A stretch of 63,240 nt of DNA, filler included, from 7 parts of 7 records of this genome joined end to end with filler, not necessarily neighbours in it, one strand, 5' to 3'. Shown: positions 23,038 to 35,623, numbered from the whole stretch's first letter. A program made the numbers and translations. The notes: generated by a model not told the origin, from the letters alone.

Positions 23038-24206
23038 GCCATAATCTCCTCTTCGCTCATGTCATCGCGATTCGTCAGGATTTGCGTCAGTCGTCCTTCG
23101 CAGAACACGGCGATGCGGTCGCAGACGGTGATAATTTCAGGTAGTTCAGATGACACCATCAGGATGACTTTTCCGTCGTCCGCCAGTTGGCGCATCACTT
23201 TGTAAATTTCGGCTTTCGCGCCAACGTCGATGCCGCGGGTAGGTTCATCGAAAATAATCACTTCCGGGCAACAGCACAGCCATTTGGAGATCAGGACTTT
23301 CTGCTGATTTCCCCCGGAGAGTTCGGTGATATTCTGGTTTACCGAATGACATTTCAGCGCCAGCAGTTCGCGTTGATTTTCAGCGGTACGTTGCTCGTCA
23401 ACTTCATGAAACAAGCCCATCGCGCCTTTATAGCCGCCGTCTTTCAGACTGCGGCTGATCGCCATGTTCTGAGCGATGGAAAAGTTGGGGAAAAAACCGT
23501 TATCCCGGCGGCTTTCAGTGATGTAAGCCATCCCTTTTTTCACGGCATCCAGGGGTGAACGTGGAGAGATATCTTTGCCATTAAGACGGATTTCTCCGCC
23601 AGCGCGTTTATCCACGCCAAACAGACAATTCATCAGTTCAGTACGTCCGGAACCGACCAGTCCGGCAAAGCCTAATATTTCTCCCCGGCAGACGCTAAAT
23701 GAGATATCCCGGACCTTTTTTCTGTCACGACTGGTGACGTTCCGCACCTCAAAAACCGTTTCGTGCGCAAGGTTGCTGACATTCTCCTTCATCGCGTTAA
23801 AACGGTTTTGCAGTTCGCGGCCTACCATCAGACGGACGATATCGTCATTTGACACATCGCTTACTATGCCGCTGCAAACGCTGCTGCCGTCTTTCATCAC
23901 CGTATAGCGGTCGCAAATACGGCGAATTTCCGCCAACTTATGCGAGATATAGACGATGGCCGTACCCTCTTTACGCAACTGATTCATGATCAGAAACAGA
24001 TAGTCCACCTCTTTATTGGTGAGTGAGGAGGTGGGTTCATCCATGATGATGACTTTGGCATCGAGCATCAGCGTTTTGGCAATTTCTAGCATCTGCTTGT
24101 GGCTGATAGATAAATTCGCCACTTTCTCATCTAGATCAACTTTCAAGCCCACGCGTAATAACATCATGGCGGCGCGGACACGCATTTCTCGCCAGTCGAT
24201 AATATT
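23016..24206 (-). CDS. alsA: D-allose ABC transporter ATPase, 5' truncated by gap
   Basis: Tandem ABC domains; LSGGNQQKV, DEPTRGID. Confidence 0.94.
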   Translation of the reverse strand, partial: NIIDWREMRVRAAMMLLRVGLKVDLDEKVANLSISHKQMLEIAKTLMLDAKVIIMDEPTSSLTNKEVDYLFLIMNQLRKEGTAIVYISHKLAEIRRICDRYTVMKDGSSVCSGIVSDVSNDDIVRLMVGRELQNRFNAMKENVSNLAHETVFEVRNVTSRDRKKVRDISFSVCRGEILGFAGLVGSGRTELMNCLFGVDKRAGGEIRLNGKDISPRSPLDAVKKGMAYITESRRDNGFFPNFSIAQNMAISRSLKDGGYKGAMGLFHEVDEQRTAENQRELLALKCHSVNQNITELSGGNQQKVLISKWLCCCPEVIIFDEPTRGIDVGAKAEIYKVMRQLADDGKVILMVSSELPEIITVCDRIAVFCEGRLTQILTNRDDMSEEEIMAWALPQE

Positions 24207-24306
24207 NNNNNNNNNNNNNNNNNNNNNNNNNNNNNNNNNNNNNNNNNNNNTTAATTAATTAANNNNNNNNNNNNNNNNNNNNNNNNNNNNNNNNNNNNNN
24301 NNNNNN
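24207..24306. other. Artificial scaffold spacer
   Basis: N44-TTAATTAATTAA-N44. Confidence 0.99.
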
Positions 24307-24380
24307 GATAAGACGCGCCAGCGTCGCATCAGGCATTGTGCACAGAACGGCGGATGCGGCAAAAACGCCTTATCCGCCCG
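24307..24380. repeat. REP elements downstream of proX (contig end)
   Basis: GATAAGACGCGCCAGCGTCGCATCAGGCA and CGGATGCGGC...GCCTTATCCG. Confidence 0.85.
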
Positions 24381-24388
24381 AATAAAAA

Positions 24389-25381
24389 TTACTTCTGCGC
24401 TGCCAGCGCCTCATTCACCCAGCCATCGAACTGCTGCTGGTGGGCTTTGATCCAACCATCAACGTGTCCCTGAATATCGCCTTCTGAGGCTTTGCCGTCA
24501 TGCATAATGGCGTTCTGGGCGTTAATATCTGCCACTGGCAACTGCATAATGGCAAACAGTTTCGCTGCTGCCGGGTTTTTCTCGGCCCAGGCTTTGTTGG
24601 CAACGATATGCATGGTGCTGACCGGGAAGCCATAATTCGCACCATTCGGCAGTTTGGTATCGGCGTTTTTATCGCCCGGCAGTGCGGAGAACGGCACCTG
24701 CAACCAGACGACATCTTTGCCCGGCTTCAGTTCGTTACTCACCCAGTACGGCGTCCAGGTGTAATAAAACACCGGTTTGCCCTCTTTGTAGCGACTGATG
24801 GTGTCGGCCATCATCGCTGCGTAGTTCCCCTGATTATGCGTCACGGTGTTGGTCAGTTCATACGCGGCAAGCTGGTGGTTGATCGCACCTTCGCAGCCCC
24901 AGCCAGGGTTACAACCGGTTAAATCCGCTTTTCCGTCGCCGTTGGTATCGAACAGTTTGGCGATCTTCGGATCTTTCAGTTGTGCGATGTTGGTGATTTT
25001 GTACTGGTCGGCGGTTTTCTTATCGATCAGGTAACCCTGTGCCGCGCCGTTAACAAATACCCCTTCACGATAAAATTTCTTATCGCCACCGGCAGCTTCG
25101 TACATGTTGTCATGCAGTGGCGTCCAGTTCACGGCGGTGAAGGTTGCATCGCCGGAAGCAAGCGAGGTGTAGCCAACGTTGTAATCTACTTCGCTGGGTT
25201 TGTTGACGGTATAACCTAATTTCTCCAGCGCACGACTGACCAGCAGCGTCTGGAAGGTTTCTTCAGTGATGGTGCTCTGAACTGGATTAACAGTAATGCC
25301 TTTGCCCGGCAGATCGGCAGCAAAAGTTTGTGTAGAGATAAGCGTGGCAAACGCTGTCGCAAAAAGTACGCTATGTCGCAT
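24389..25381 (-). CDS. proX: Glycine betaine ABC transporter periplasmic binding protein
   Basis: 330 aa from MRHSVLF; signal peptide; GCNPGWGC. Confidence 0.97.
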
Positions 25382-25438
25382 TGTTATTCCTTTTTTTGGC
25401 AGGGTGATAATGCCCGGCGTCACCGGGCAAGTGCAGAG

Positions 25439-26503
25439 TTACTTAATGAATGGGCGGGTCAGCAGACCAACAGGGCCAGTGGTGTACCAGCGACGGTTGC
25501 CGCGACTGCGTGAGTCGCGCCCAACGGCCTGCGTCAGACGATCGAGGATAATGGCGAGGATCACAATCCCGACGCCGCCAACGGTGGCAAGCCCCATATC
25601 CAGACGACCGATACCGCGAAGTACCATCTGACCCAACCCGCCGACGGCAATCATCGAGGCGATGACCACCATAGAAAGGGCCAGCATCAGCGTCTGGTTA
25701 ACGCCCGCCATAATGGTCGGCATCGCCAGCGGTAACTGAACTTTGAACAGCATCTGGCGCGGGCTGGCACCGAATGAGCGCGAGGCTTCAATCAGATCCG
25801 CCGGAACCTGGTTAATCCCCAGAATGGTCAGACGGATAATCGGCGGCAGAGCAAAGATGATCGTCACCACCACGCCCGGCACGTTACCGATACCAAATAG
25901 CATGACGATTGGCACCAGATAAACAAACGCTGGCGTGGTCTGCATGGCATCAAGCAGTGGACGAATAATTTTCGCCGCTCGCGGACTTCTCGCCAGCCAT
26001 ATCCCCAACGGCAAACCGATGACGATACAGAACAGCAGGGCGGTTAACACCAGCGCCAGAGTCACCATTGCCTGCGACCAGGCACCGATTGCGCCGATGG
26101 CAATCAGCGAAACCAGCGTCGCCACACCCATTCCGACCCCGGAAATCTGCCAGGCGATGAGAGCGAAAACGATAATCGCCACCGGTGCGGGCATACCCAG
26201 CAGCAATTGCTGGAAACCGTTGAGGATATAATCAACCGGAACGCGCACGCCCTGGAAGACGGGACGGAAATGGGTAACGACCCAGTCGATCCCTTCAGTG
26301 ACCCAACTGTCGAGCGGGATCAGCGTTTTATGGAACGGATCGAGAATATTAAAATGCTCGACGTTTGGCGCAGGCGTACTGGTCAGCCAGTCAGCACCAC
26401 CGCCGTCAGTCGGTGCAGTCGTCGGTGTACCCCAGGCGTCTGCGGATTGCGCGGCACTGTCCGCCGCTGGCGTGGTATCCCACGGATTATTTTGATCAGC
26501 CAT
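25439..26503 (-). CDS. proW: Glycine betaine ABC transporter permease
   Basis: 354 aa; EAA-loop EASRSFGAS. Confidence 0.97.
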   Translation of the reverse strand: MADQNNPWDTTPAADSAAQSADAWGTPTTAPTDGGGADWLTSTPAPNVEHFNILDPFHKTLIPLDSWVTEGIDWVVTHFRPVFQGVRVPVDYILNGFQQLLLGMPAPVAIIVFALIAWQISGVGMGVATLVSLIAIGAIGAWSQAMVTLALVLTALLFCIVIGLPLGIWLARSPRAAKIIRPLLDAMQTTPAFVYLVPIVMLFGIGNVPGVVVTIIFALPPIIRLTILGINQVPADLIEASRSFGASPRQMLFKVQLPLAMPTIMAGVNQTLMLALSMVVIASMIAVGGLGQMVLRGIGRLDMGLATVGGVGIVILAIILDRLTQAVGRDSRSRGNRRWYTTGPVGLLTRPFIK

Positions 26504-27698
26504 TATTTACCCCCTCACGATCTAAAGCGCGCAGCAGCATTCCTTTCGAAATGATGCCGACATACTGTTGGTCCTCGTCGACCACGGGCACCGCACAGGG
26601 TGCCTGTCCGACATGAGAGAGCAACTCGCTAAGAGGCGTTTGTGCATCGACTGCTAACGGCGCATCAATCAGCGCCGCATCAAGACCTTGCTGCTGCGTT
26701 AACGCGGTTTTAAGCGAATCGATGGAGACTGCGCCGACAAACTTATTACCGCGTTCGATAACGTAGCCATATTCGCGATCTTCATCCTGCAATAATTTCA
26801 GTGCCGAACGTGGGCCGAAGCCAGGGGTTTTACGAATTAAGCCATTCGGTGTCCGGCGGGCAATATCTTTCGCACTGAATACCTGACTAATATCAACGCC
26901 ACGGAAGAAGGTACGGACATAATCATTCGCCGGATTATTGAGAATTTCATCCGGTGTGCCGACCTGTACCACTTCACCATTTTGCATAATGGCAATTCGG
27001 TCGCCAATACGCATGGCTTCATCAAGATCGTGGGAAATAAAGACAATGGTGCGCTGATGTTTCGCCTGTAATTTTACCAGCTCATCCTGCATCTCGGTGC
27101 GAATTAATGGATCGAGCGCCGAGAAGGCTTCGTCCATTAATAATATATCCGGATTAATCGCTAACGCGCGGGCTAATCCCACACGTTGACGCATCCCGCC
27201 AGAGAGTTCATCCGGGTAGCTGTGGGCATAATTTTCCAGCCCGACCTGACGCAGTGCATCAAGGGCTTTTTCCCGGCGTTCTTCGGCATTAATTCCGGCC
27301 AATTCCATACCGAACGCAGTATTGTCCAGCACGGTCATATGCGGCATTAAGGCAAAGGACTGGAAGACCATCGCAATCTTTTTTCTGCGCACCTCACGGA
27401 GTTCGGCGTCGGATATTTTGGCAATATCCACACCATCAATCAGCACTTGCCCGCGGGTGGGTTCAATCAGGCGATTGAGAAGGCGTACCATTGTGGATTT
27501 ACCCGAGCCGGATAATCCCATGATGACAAATATCTCGCCTTCTTCAATGGCCAGACTGGCGTCTTTTACGCCAAGCGATAGCCCAGTTTTTTCCAGAATT
27601 TGTTCTTTTGAAAGTCCTTGTTCGATATATTTGAACGCTCGCTGTGGATGCTCGCCAAATATTTTATAAAGATTTTTAATTTCTAATTTAATTGCCAT
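26496..27698 (-). CDS. proV: Glycine betaine ABC transporter ATPase with CBS domains
   Basis: 400 aa from [25 protein letters not shown]. Confidence 0.97.
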   Translation of the reverse strand: MAIKLEIKNLYKIFGEHPQRAFKYIEQGLSKEQILEKTGLSLGVKDASLAIEEGEIFVIMGLSGSGKSTMVRLLNRLIEPTRGQVLIDGVDIAKISDAELREVRRKKIAMVFQSFALMPHMTVLDNTAFGMELAGINAEERREKALDALRQVGLENYAHSYPDELSGGMRQRVGLARALAINPDILLMDEAFSALDPLIRTEMQDELVKLQAKHQRTIVFISHDLDEAMRIGDRIAIMQNGEVVQVGTPDEILNNPANDYVRTFFRGVDISQVFSAKDIARRTPNGLIRKTPGFGPRSALKLLQDEDREYGYVIERGNKFVGAVSIDSLKTALTQQQGLDAALIDAPLAVDAQTPLSELLSHVGQAPCAVPVVDEDQQYVGIISKGMLLRALDREGVNNG

Positions 27699-27738
27699 GC
27701 AATAGAAAGATTCCTTTATTTGTCTATGTCGATATATT
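27622..27738. promoter_or_regulatory. Two identical TCGATATATT high-affinity H-NS sites (27622-27631, 27729-27738) of the proU downstream silencer
   Basis: Exact 10-mer seen twice, 107 bp apart, flanking the proV start; known proU NRE motif. Confidence 0.85.
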
Positions 27739-27765
27739 ACCCAATGGAAATAGTCACTTTTTTCT

Positions 27766-27793
27766 ACCCTAACATACTGAGAATCTGAGGCAA
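27766..27793 (-). promoter_or_regulatory. proU P2 sigma70 promoter
   Basis: Minus strand TTGCCT-N16-TAGGGT. Confidence 0.75.
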
Positions 27794-27956
27794 CCCCTGA
27801 TGGCAAATGTGGCATGAATATTGATGCGAGCAAATCGCCGGAATTTCCCGTGATATAAGGGCTGAGAGCAAATCGAGAAAGTTGATATTTTTTGTCAAAG
27901 ATAGCGAAAAAACGCCTGAATATTGTGGTTTCAGGCGAATAATGCAACAGAGTATC

Positions 27957-27964
27957 AGTGTAGA
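27957..27964 (-). promoter_or_regulatory. Probable proU P1 sigmaS -10 element
   Basis: TCTACACT on minus strand ~260 bp upstream of proV. Confidence 0.55.
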
Positions 27965-28050
27965 TCACCACAAATTATTTGCGTGATAAAAAGCTATTTG
28001 GCGGGAATTATTTCCCTGCTGCGGGTAGTGATATTTTTGAAAATAACACC

Positions 28051-29019
<969 letters not shown>

Positions 29020-31163
29020 TTAAAGTGCACAGGAGACGCAGCCTTCAATTTCAGTGCCTTCCAGCGCCATCTGACGCAGGCGGATGTAATAGAGCGTTTT
29101 GATACCCTTGCGCCAGGCGTAAATCTGCGCTTTGTTGATATCGCGAGTGGTGGCGGTATCGGGGAAAAAAAGCGTCAGCGACAGCCCCTGATCGACATGG
29201 CGAGTCGCTTCCGCGTAGGTGTCGATGATCTTTTCTGCGCCAATTTCGTAAGCGTCCTGATACAGCGCCAGATTCTCGTTAGTCATAAACGGGGCAGGGT
29301 AGTAAACGCGTCCTGTTTTGCCCTCTTTGCGTATCTCTACTTTCGCCACAATCGGATGAATACTCGACGTAGCATGGTTGATATAAGAGATAGAACCGGT
29401 TGGCGGCACCGCCTGAAGATTCTGGTTGTATATGCCGTAGCGCATCACGTCGTCGCGCAGCTGCGCCCACATCTCACGGGTAGGTAACGTAATACCGCTA
29501 CGGGTAAACAGTTCGCCAACTTTCGCCGTTTTCGGCTGCCAGTTCCCTTGCAGATATTGGCTAAAATATTCACCACTGGCATAGCGTGACTGTTTGAACC
29601 CGGCGAAGGTTTCACCGCGTTCGCGTGCCAGCAACATCGAGGTACGCAGTGCATGCCAGGTGATGGCATAGAAATAGAGATTGGTGAAATCCAGTGCTTC
29701 CGGCGAACCATAAGCGATGCCTTCTCGCGCCAGATAGCCGTGTAAATTCATCTGCCCCAGTCCGATGGCGTGCGAGGCGGCATTTCCGGCTTCGATGGAC
29801 GGCACGCTGCGGATATGACTCATATCTGATACTGCCGTTAAACCGCGCACGGCAGTCTCTACCGTGCGGGCAAAATCGGGGGAATCCATGGTGTGCGCAA
29901 TATTCAACGAACCTAAATTGCAGGAAATATCATGGCCTGTGCGGGTATAGTCGAGATTCTCGTCATACTCTGAGGCGCTGTTAACCTGCAAAATTTCTGA
30001 GCAGAGATTACTCATATTTATGCGCCCGGCGATAGGGTTAGCACGGTTTACCGTGTCTTCATACATGATGTAGGGATAGCCGGACTCAAACTGGATTTCT
30101 GCCAGTCGCTGGAAGAAATCACGGGCGTTGAGGTATTTTTTGCGAATGCGTTCATCGGCAACCAGTTCGTCATAGTGTTGGCTGATGGCCACATCGGCAA
30201 ACGGCTTGCCATAAACTCGCTCTACGTCATAAGGCGAAAACAGCGCCATCTGCGCATTCTCTTTTGCCAGATGGAAAGTGATATCCGGGATCACCACGCC
30301 AAGCGACAGTGTTTTAATGCGGATTTTTTCGTCGGCATTTTCCCGTTTCGTGTCGAGAAACGCAGAATATCGGGATGATGAGCATGTAAATAGACTGCAC
30401 CAGCCCCCTGACGAGCGCCGAGTTGGTTGGCATAGGAAAATGCGTCTTCCAGCATTTTCATCACCGGAATTACGCCAGAAGATTGATTTTCAATACGTTT
30501 AATTGGCGCGCCCGCTTCTCGCAGATTCGACAGCAAAAATGCTACGCCGCCGCCGCGTTTCGACAGCTGCAGTGCGGAATTTACCGCCCGACCAATCGAC
30601 TCCATATTGTCTTCAATACGCAGCAAAAAACAGGAAACCAGTTCGCCGCGCTGCTGCTTACCGCAGTTGAGGAATGTTGGCGTGGCTGGCTGAAAGCGTC
30701 CTGACAGCATTTCATCGGTCAGTTGCAACGCCAGCGTCTCATCGCCTTGTGCCAGCGTCAGCGCCACCATCGTTACTCGATCGGCAAAATCTTCCAGATA
30801 ACGTTTACCGTCGAATGTCTTCAACGTATAGCTGGTGTAAAACTTCCATGCCCCGAGGAATGTCTGGAAACGAAAACCGCTGGTGTGTGCGTGGGTAAAC
30901 AGCGTAATGACAAAGTCGCGAGAGTAGCGATTAAGAACGCTTTCATCATAGTAACCTTCGTTGACCAGCCAGTTCAGGCGCTGCTGCTGGCTACTGAAGG
31001 TCACACTGTTCGGACGCACATGCGTCGCAATAAAGGCGTCAACGGCCTGGCGGTCTTTATCGAACTGAATGCGACCTGCGCTATCGTAGAGGTTAAGCAT
31101 CGCATTCAGCGCGTGGTAATCCATCGTTTCCTGCGTCAGGCATTCTGCGGTTGTCGTTGCCAA
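29020..31163 (-). pseudogene. nrdE: Class Ib ribonucleotide reductase alpha subunit with apparent -1 frameshift at ~30358-30360 (real or sequencing error)
   Basis: Split into 290 aa and 425 aa ORFs; span 2144 nt, one short of a multiple of 3; adding one T gives ...[21 protein letters not shown]... Confidence 0.88.
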
Positions 31164-31546
31164 AATTCGGTTACTCCTTTACGAACGTTTTCGATATCGC
31201 TTTGCGTACCCATGAGTTCAAAACGGTACAGCCACGGCACGCCGCATTTCCGGGCAATCACATCTCCGGCGCGGCCATACGCCTCACCAAAGTTGCGATT
31301 ACCAGAAGCAATAACGCCGCGAAGCAACGCCCGGTTGTGCTCGTCGTTTAAAAAGCGAATTACCTGTCGTGGCACCGCGCCAGCCGTACCGCCGCCGCCG
31401 TAAGAGGGCACGATCAGGATGTAAGGCTCGTCTACCTGAATCCGTTCCCGCTCATTGAGCGGGATGCGCACCGCGGGCAGACCTAAACGTTCGATAAAAC
31501 GCTGCGTGTTTTCGGAGCTGCTGGAGAAGTAGACGAGCTGGCTCAT
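31136..31546 (-). CDS. nrdI: Flavodoxin-like NrdI
   Basis: 136 aa; [22 protein letters not shown]. Confidence 0.97.
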
Positions 31547-31788
31547 GCACTGGCCGCGTGTGGCGCTGGATGCAGACGGTTAATCATGTCCGGACGGAAA
31601 CCAGACCAGCTAAGATCGCCAGCAATCACTACCGGCAACTGACGAAAGCCCTGAGCACGCAACGCTTCTGCCGCTTCAGGAACGCGATCGACATTAATCA
31701 TTTCAAAATCAAAGCCCCGGTTTTCCATCGCCCGTTTGGTGGCGTGGCACTGAACGCAATCGTTACGAGTGTAAATAGTAATGCGCAT
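31543..31788 (-). CDS. nrdH: Glutaredoxin-like NrdH
   Basis: 81 aa; CVQC, WSGFRPD. Confidence 0.97.
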
Positions 31789-31861
31789 GATTCGTATTTC
31801 CGTTTAAAATGAAGATACGGCGCGATGATACGCGTCGGGTTGTCTCTCTGTTGATACAGAG

Positions 31862-31908
31862 ATACTAGATGTAGTTGAAAAAAGATTCAACCACACAATA
31901 TATAGCAA
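31862..31908 (-). promoter_or_regulatory. Tandem NrdR boxes (31862-31877, 31893-31908)
   Basis: ATACTAGATGTAGTTG and ACACAATATATAGCAA, 31 bp apart, resemble the acaCwAtATaTwGtgt consensus. Confidence 0.75.
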
Positions 31909-31980
31909 ATAGTGGTCGAAATTACCCTGGATATGAGCGTGACGGGGTAGGGGGATTTTTGTGATTCACCAGGCAAAAAG

Positions 31981-32009
31981 AAACCCCGAAGACAGGCTTC
32001 GGGGTCAAA
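31981..32009 (-). terminator. Terminator downstream of ygaM
   Basis: ACCCCGAAG-acagg-CTTCGGGGT with A-run on plus strand (U-tract on minus). Confidence 0.75.
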
Positions 32010-32035
32010 GACGCGTATTTATTATCATTTTTGCA

Positions 32036-32365
32036 CTACGATTTGCGCATGCTTAACAGTGCGCCGATAAAAATACCTACCGCAGCTGCTGTACCCACGC
32101 TACACCAGGGTCTTTCACGAACAAAAGAATCCGCGCAGCCAACGGCATCGCGCGCGGCTTGCTGGACGCGAGTACGACCATGCATTCGCGCCCTGGTTTC
32201 TTTCAGCAATGCCTGAGCTTTACTGCGTGCGGCTTCAGCTTCCCCTTTGGCGTCGCTGCCCCAGGACTTCAATACAGATTCGAGGCTGTCAGCTAATTGA
32301 TTGACATCATTCTGGATATCCTGCACGCCATCATCAACGTCGTTGCGGTTCGGTCGGTTAAACAT
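32036..32365 (-). CDS. ygaM: DUF883/ElaB-YqjD family tail-anchored protein
   Basis: 109 aa from MFNRPN (alternative start 32377); C-terminal VRERPW + TM; TCTACACT sigmaS-like -10 at 32398-32405. Confidence 0.9.
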   Translation of the reverse strand: MFNRPNRNDVDDGVQDIQNDVNQLADSLESVLKSWGSDAKGEAEAARSKAQALLKETRARMHGRTRVQQAARDAVGCADSFVRERPWCSVGTAAAVGIFIGALLSMRKS

Positions 32366-32516
32366 ATGATCCCCCATTAGAATTCGATGTAATTTTCAGT
32401 GTAGACCATAATTTTCTTAACTGAGGTTCATCGCGGCTTTATGGACTTTTCTGAAAGCGTTGTGAATGCGCAATCAGGTAAGGTAGGCCCGCGGTTGATA
32501 ATAACGAGGATCAAAT

Positions 32517-32861
32517 ATGTATTTACGACCAGACGAGGTGGCGCGCGTACTTGAAAAAGTCGGTTTTACTGTCGATGTGGTAACCCAGAAAGCGTATGGT
32601 TACCGCCGTGGGGAAAATTATGTCTATGTTAATCGCGAAGCGCGAATGGGACGTACCGCTCTGGTAATTCATCCAACATTAAAAGAACGCAGTTCGACAC
32701 TGGCTGAACCCGCTTCCGATATTAAAACTTGCGATCATTACCAGCAATTTCCGCTCTATTTAGCAGGCGAGCGACACGAGCATTACGGTATCCCGCATGG
32801 CTTTAGTTCGCGTGTTGCGCTTGAACGTTATTTGAATGGTTTATTTGGCGAAGCCAGTTAA
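32517..32861 (+). CDS. ygaC: Uncharacterised protein
   Basis: 114 aa [20 protein letters not shown]; synteny. Confidence 0.88.
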
Positions 32862-32864
32862 AGA

Positions 32865-32892
32865 CGCGACTGGCGATGCCAGTCGCGAAAAG
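32865..32892. terminator. Hairpin between convergent ygaC and alaE
   Basis: CGCGACTGGC-gat-GCCAGTCGCG followed by A-run. Confidence 0.75.
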
Positions 32893-32897
32893 AAGAG

Positions 32898-33347
32898 TCA
32901 GGCTTTTACCTGCTGGTAACGGCTGACTTTAAACAGTCGGCGGCAATAATCGAGGAAGTAGCCATAAACCGCCCCCATCAACATCGAAACAACGATGTTT
33001 GAACTGACCGCCGCCATAATCTGATGCCAGTCTGCGCCCACCACTAACAAGATCGCCACATACACCGGTGACTGGAACGTCACATAAGCCAGGATATCCG
33101 CCAGATTTTTTATCCAGCCCGACGGGCTAACTTTGCGTGCCGCGCGCATAAACAGATCACGGTACATACCGTATGGCCATGCAATTAAGATGTTCACCGG
33201 AATCGCTACCAATCTGGAATAAAAAGACTGTTCGAAGCTCATTCCGGAGAGGAAAACTTCAATACACATGTTCACGACAGAACAGTAAACAACCATCGCG
33301 AACGTATCTGCAACTGCATGACGCAAGCGTGACTGCGGTGAGAACAT
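32898..33347 (-). CDS. alaE: L-alanine exporter (ygaW)
   Basis: 149 aa, 4 [19 protein letters not shown]. Confidence 0.93.
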   Translation of the reverse strand: MFSPQSRLRHAVADTFAMVVYCSVVNMCIEVFLSGMSFEQSFYSRLVAIPVNILIAWPYGMYRDLFMRAARKVSPSGWIKNLADILAYVTFQSPVYVAILLVVGADWHQIMAAVSSNIVVSMLMGAVYGYFLDYCRRLFKVSRYQQVKA

Positions 33348-34015
33348 GCTAATGCTCCTTAATAAAAGCGTAATGGGATGTTAATGGAGATGAAAGCAGT
33401 GGATCTCATTGCCATCTGCATTTTCGCATAGCGTATATCGCTGGCTATGACTAATCAATTAGTGAAAAATTTTTATTTAGTCAGTTTTTGTAGATAAAAT
33501 ATTCCGTAACGGCTCGTTTTTTGTACATTGTGGATTTTTACATGCCGATATGATTTATTTTTAATTAAATCAATTAGATATGGCCTTACCTTTAATATCA
33601 CTAATGAAAGTTTGGGGGTGAGGTAACGCTATAAGCGTAGAGAATTCGGTGTATGTAGTAGCTGGGTCATTTTCAGCATTTTTTATGCCAGACAATGTAC
33701 ATTAACAGCAGAAAGCACCAGTGATGGATGTTTTCTTTTATTCTGTTATATTGCATTTTTATTCACTTTGATTTTGTCAGGCTTGCGGAATTAGCGAGCA
33801 GAGAGCGCCGCTCTGTTCACCAATAATCTAAATTACTCATCAAAATGGCTAATATATAATCTTGAAATTATTCTGAGAGTTTCAGAAAATAACAGCTGAA
33901 ATAATCTCGCGCAGGACTGTAAATAGATTAAATTTTGTGGAAATATAATAAGTGATCGCTTACACTACGCGACGAAATACTTTTTTTGTTTTGGCGTTAA
34001 AAGGTTTTCTTTATT

Positions 34016-34419
34016 ATGTCCGTAATGTTACAAAGTTTAAATAACATTCGCACCCTCCGTGCGATGGCTCGCGAATTCTCCATTGACGTTCTTGAAGAAA
34101 TGCTCGAAAAATTCAGGGTTGTCACTAAAGAAAGACGTGAAGAAGAAGAACAGCAGCAGCGTGAACTGGCAGAGCGCCAGGAAAAAATTAGCACCTGGCT
34201 GGAGCTGATGAAAGCTGACGGAATTAACCCGGAAGAGTTATTGGGTAATAGCTCTGCTGCTGCACCACGCGCTGGTAAAAAACGCCAGCCGCGTCCGGCG
34301 AAATATAAATTCACCGATGTTAACGGTGAAACTAAACCTGGACCGGTCAGGGCCGTACACCGAAGCCAATTGCTCAGGCGCTGGCAGAAGGTAAATCTCT
34401 CGACGATTTCCTGATCTAA
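34016..34419 (+). pseudogene. stpA: H-NS paralogue StpA with apparent -1 frameshift at ~34334-34336 (real or sequencing error)
   Basis: N-terminus is StpA; the TWTGQGRTPKPIAQALAEGKSLDDFLI* tail is in another frame; span 404 nt instead of 405. Confidence 0.88.
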
Positions 34420-34465
34420 TTACTGAGGCCGGATGTCGCTGCTAGGGCGCGTCCGGCGTCGCTTC

Positions 34466-34990
34466 TCAAGCTCGTTGGTTCCACGGCATCTTATCTAACA
34501 ACCTTGCCATTCCACAAAAACCGCTGATTCCTGCAAACAGTAACCCGGCACCAACAAAGCCACTTAATAAGAAGAAACCGCTATTTACGGTATAACCCAG
34601 TACAACGCCGATTAATATTAAACCACCCGCAGCGATCTGCACCTGGCGCATTAACGGCAAGGGTTGAGATTTATTTACCGCTACTGGCAATCCTGCTTTT
34701 TTCCAGCCATCAATCCCATCTTCGAGTAAAAAGATTTCTGCGGGGGCGGCAATCGCTGCTAATTTATCGGCATTATTACTGGTGCGTTTACCTGCCTGGC
34801 AGTGGAATATAATTTGCTCGTGACGTAATTTAGCCGGAAGACCTGACTGTTCCAGCACGGATAATGGAGCCAGATCTGCTTCAGGAATATGTTCACGAAG
34901 ATATTCATCAGCATCACGAATATCGATTAACTTTGCGCCGCGTGCGATTAATTCTTGTGCATCATGCGGCGAAATGGTTGTCAAAGCCAT
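34466..34990 (-). CDS. ygaP: Membrane-anchored rhodanese
   Basis: 174 aa; [10 protein letters not shown] active loop; two C-terminal TMs. Confidence 0.93.
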
Positions 34991-34999
34991 AGTGACTCC

Positions 35000-35192
35000 T
35001 TACGGACAATAGACATTTTTCAGGGTGGCGATAATGGCATTTACCGCCTCATTTTTAATGGAATATAGAATGCGTTGGGCATCCCGTTGGCTGTCGATAA
35101 GCCCTTCGTCCCGCATACGAGCGAGATGCTGTGATGTCGCAGAGGCACTCAGTCCGGTAATGCGCGTCAGCTCTCCCGCGCTGGTGCCGGGG
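35000..35192 (-). CDS. ygaV: ArsR/BigR-family regulator, 5' truncated by gap
   Basis: Minus strand reads ...SASATSQHLARMRDEGLIDSQRDAQRILYSIKNEAVNAIIATLKNVYCP*. Confidence 0.88.
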
Positions 35193-35292
35193 NNNNNNNN
35201 NNNNNNNNNNNNNNNNNNNNNNNNNNNNNNNNNNNNTTAATTAATTAANNNNNNNNNNNNNNNNNNNNNNNNNNNNNNNNNNNNNNNNNNNN
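35193..35292. other. Artificial scaffold spacer
   Basis: N44-TTAATTAATTAA-N44. Confidence 0.99.
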
Positions 35293-35389
35293 CAATACGT
35301 ACCTGGTTGCCCTTTACCCCTAAAACTGTCACGGTGACCTCATCCCCAATCATGAGGGTCTCACCAACTCGACGAGTCAGAATCAGCAT
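35293..35389 (-). CDS. csrA: Carbon storage regulator, 3' truncated by gap
   Basis: Minus strand [41 protein letters not shown]. Confidence 0.97.
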
Positions 35390-35583
35390 TCTTTGCTCCT
35401 TGAAAGATTAAAAGAGTCGGGTCTCTCTGTATCCCGGCATTATCCATCATATAACGCCAAAAAGTAAGCAATGACAAACACATTACATCTAAGCAGTCAT
35501 GGCATTACATTCTGTTAAACCTAAGTTTAGCCGATATACACAACTTCAACCTGACTTTATCGTTGTCGATAGCGTTAATGCGA

Positions 35584-35609
35584 ATGCCGTGAAGCGAGTC
35601 CACGGCATT
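35584..35609. terminator. Stem-loop downstream of alaS
   Basis: AATGCCGTG-aagcgagtc-CACGGCATT; weak U-tract. Confidence 0.5.
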
Positions 35610-35623
35610 GCCTGACGCTTATA

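Noticed and set aside
29020-30297. 425-aa and 290-aa ORFs as two separate or novel RNR genes, or an intron/intein
   Set aside because: No inserted sequence; one added base fuses them into ordinary NrdE.
35025-35240. ORFs running into X residues at gaps
   Set aside because: Artefacts of translation through N spacers.
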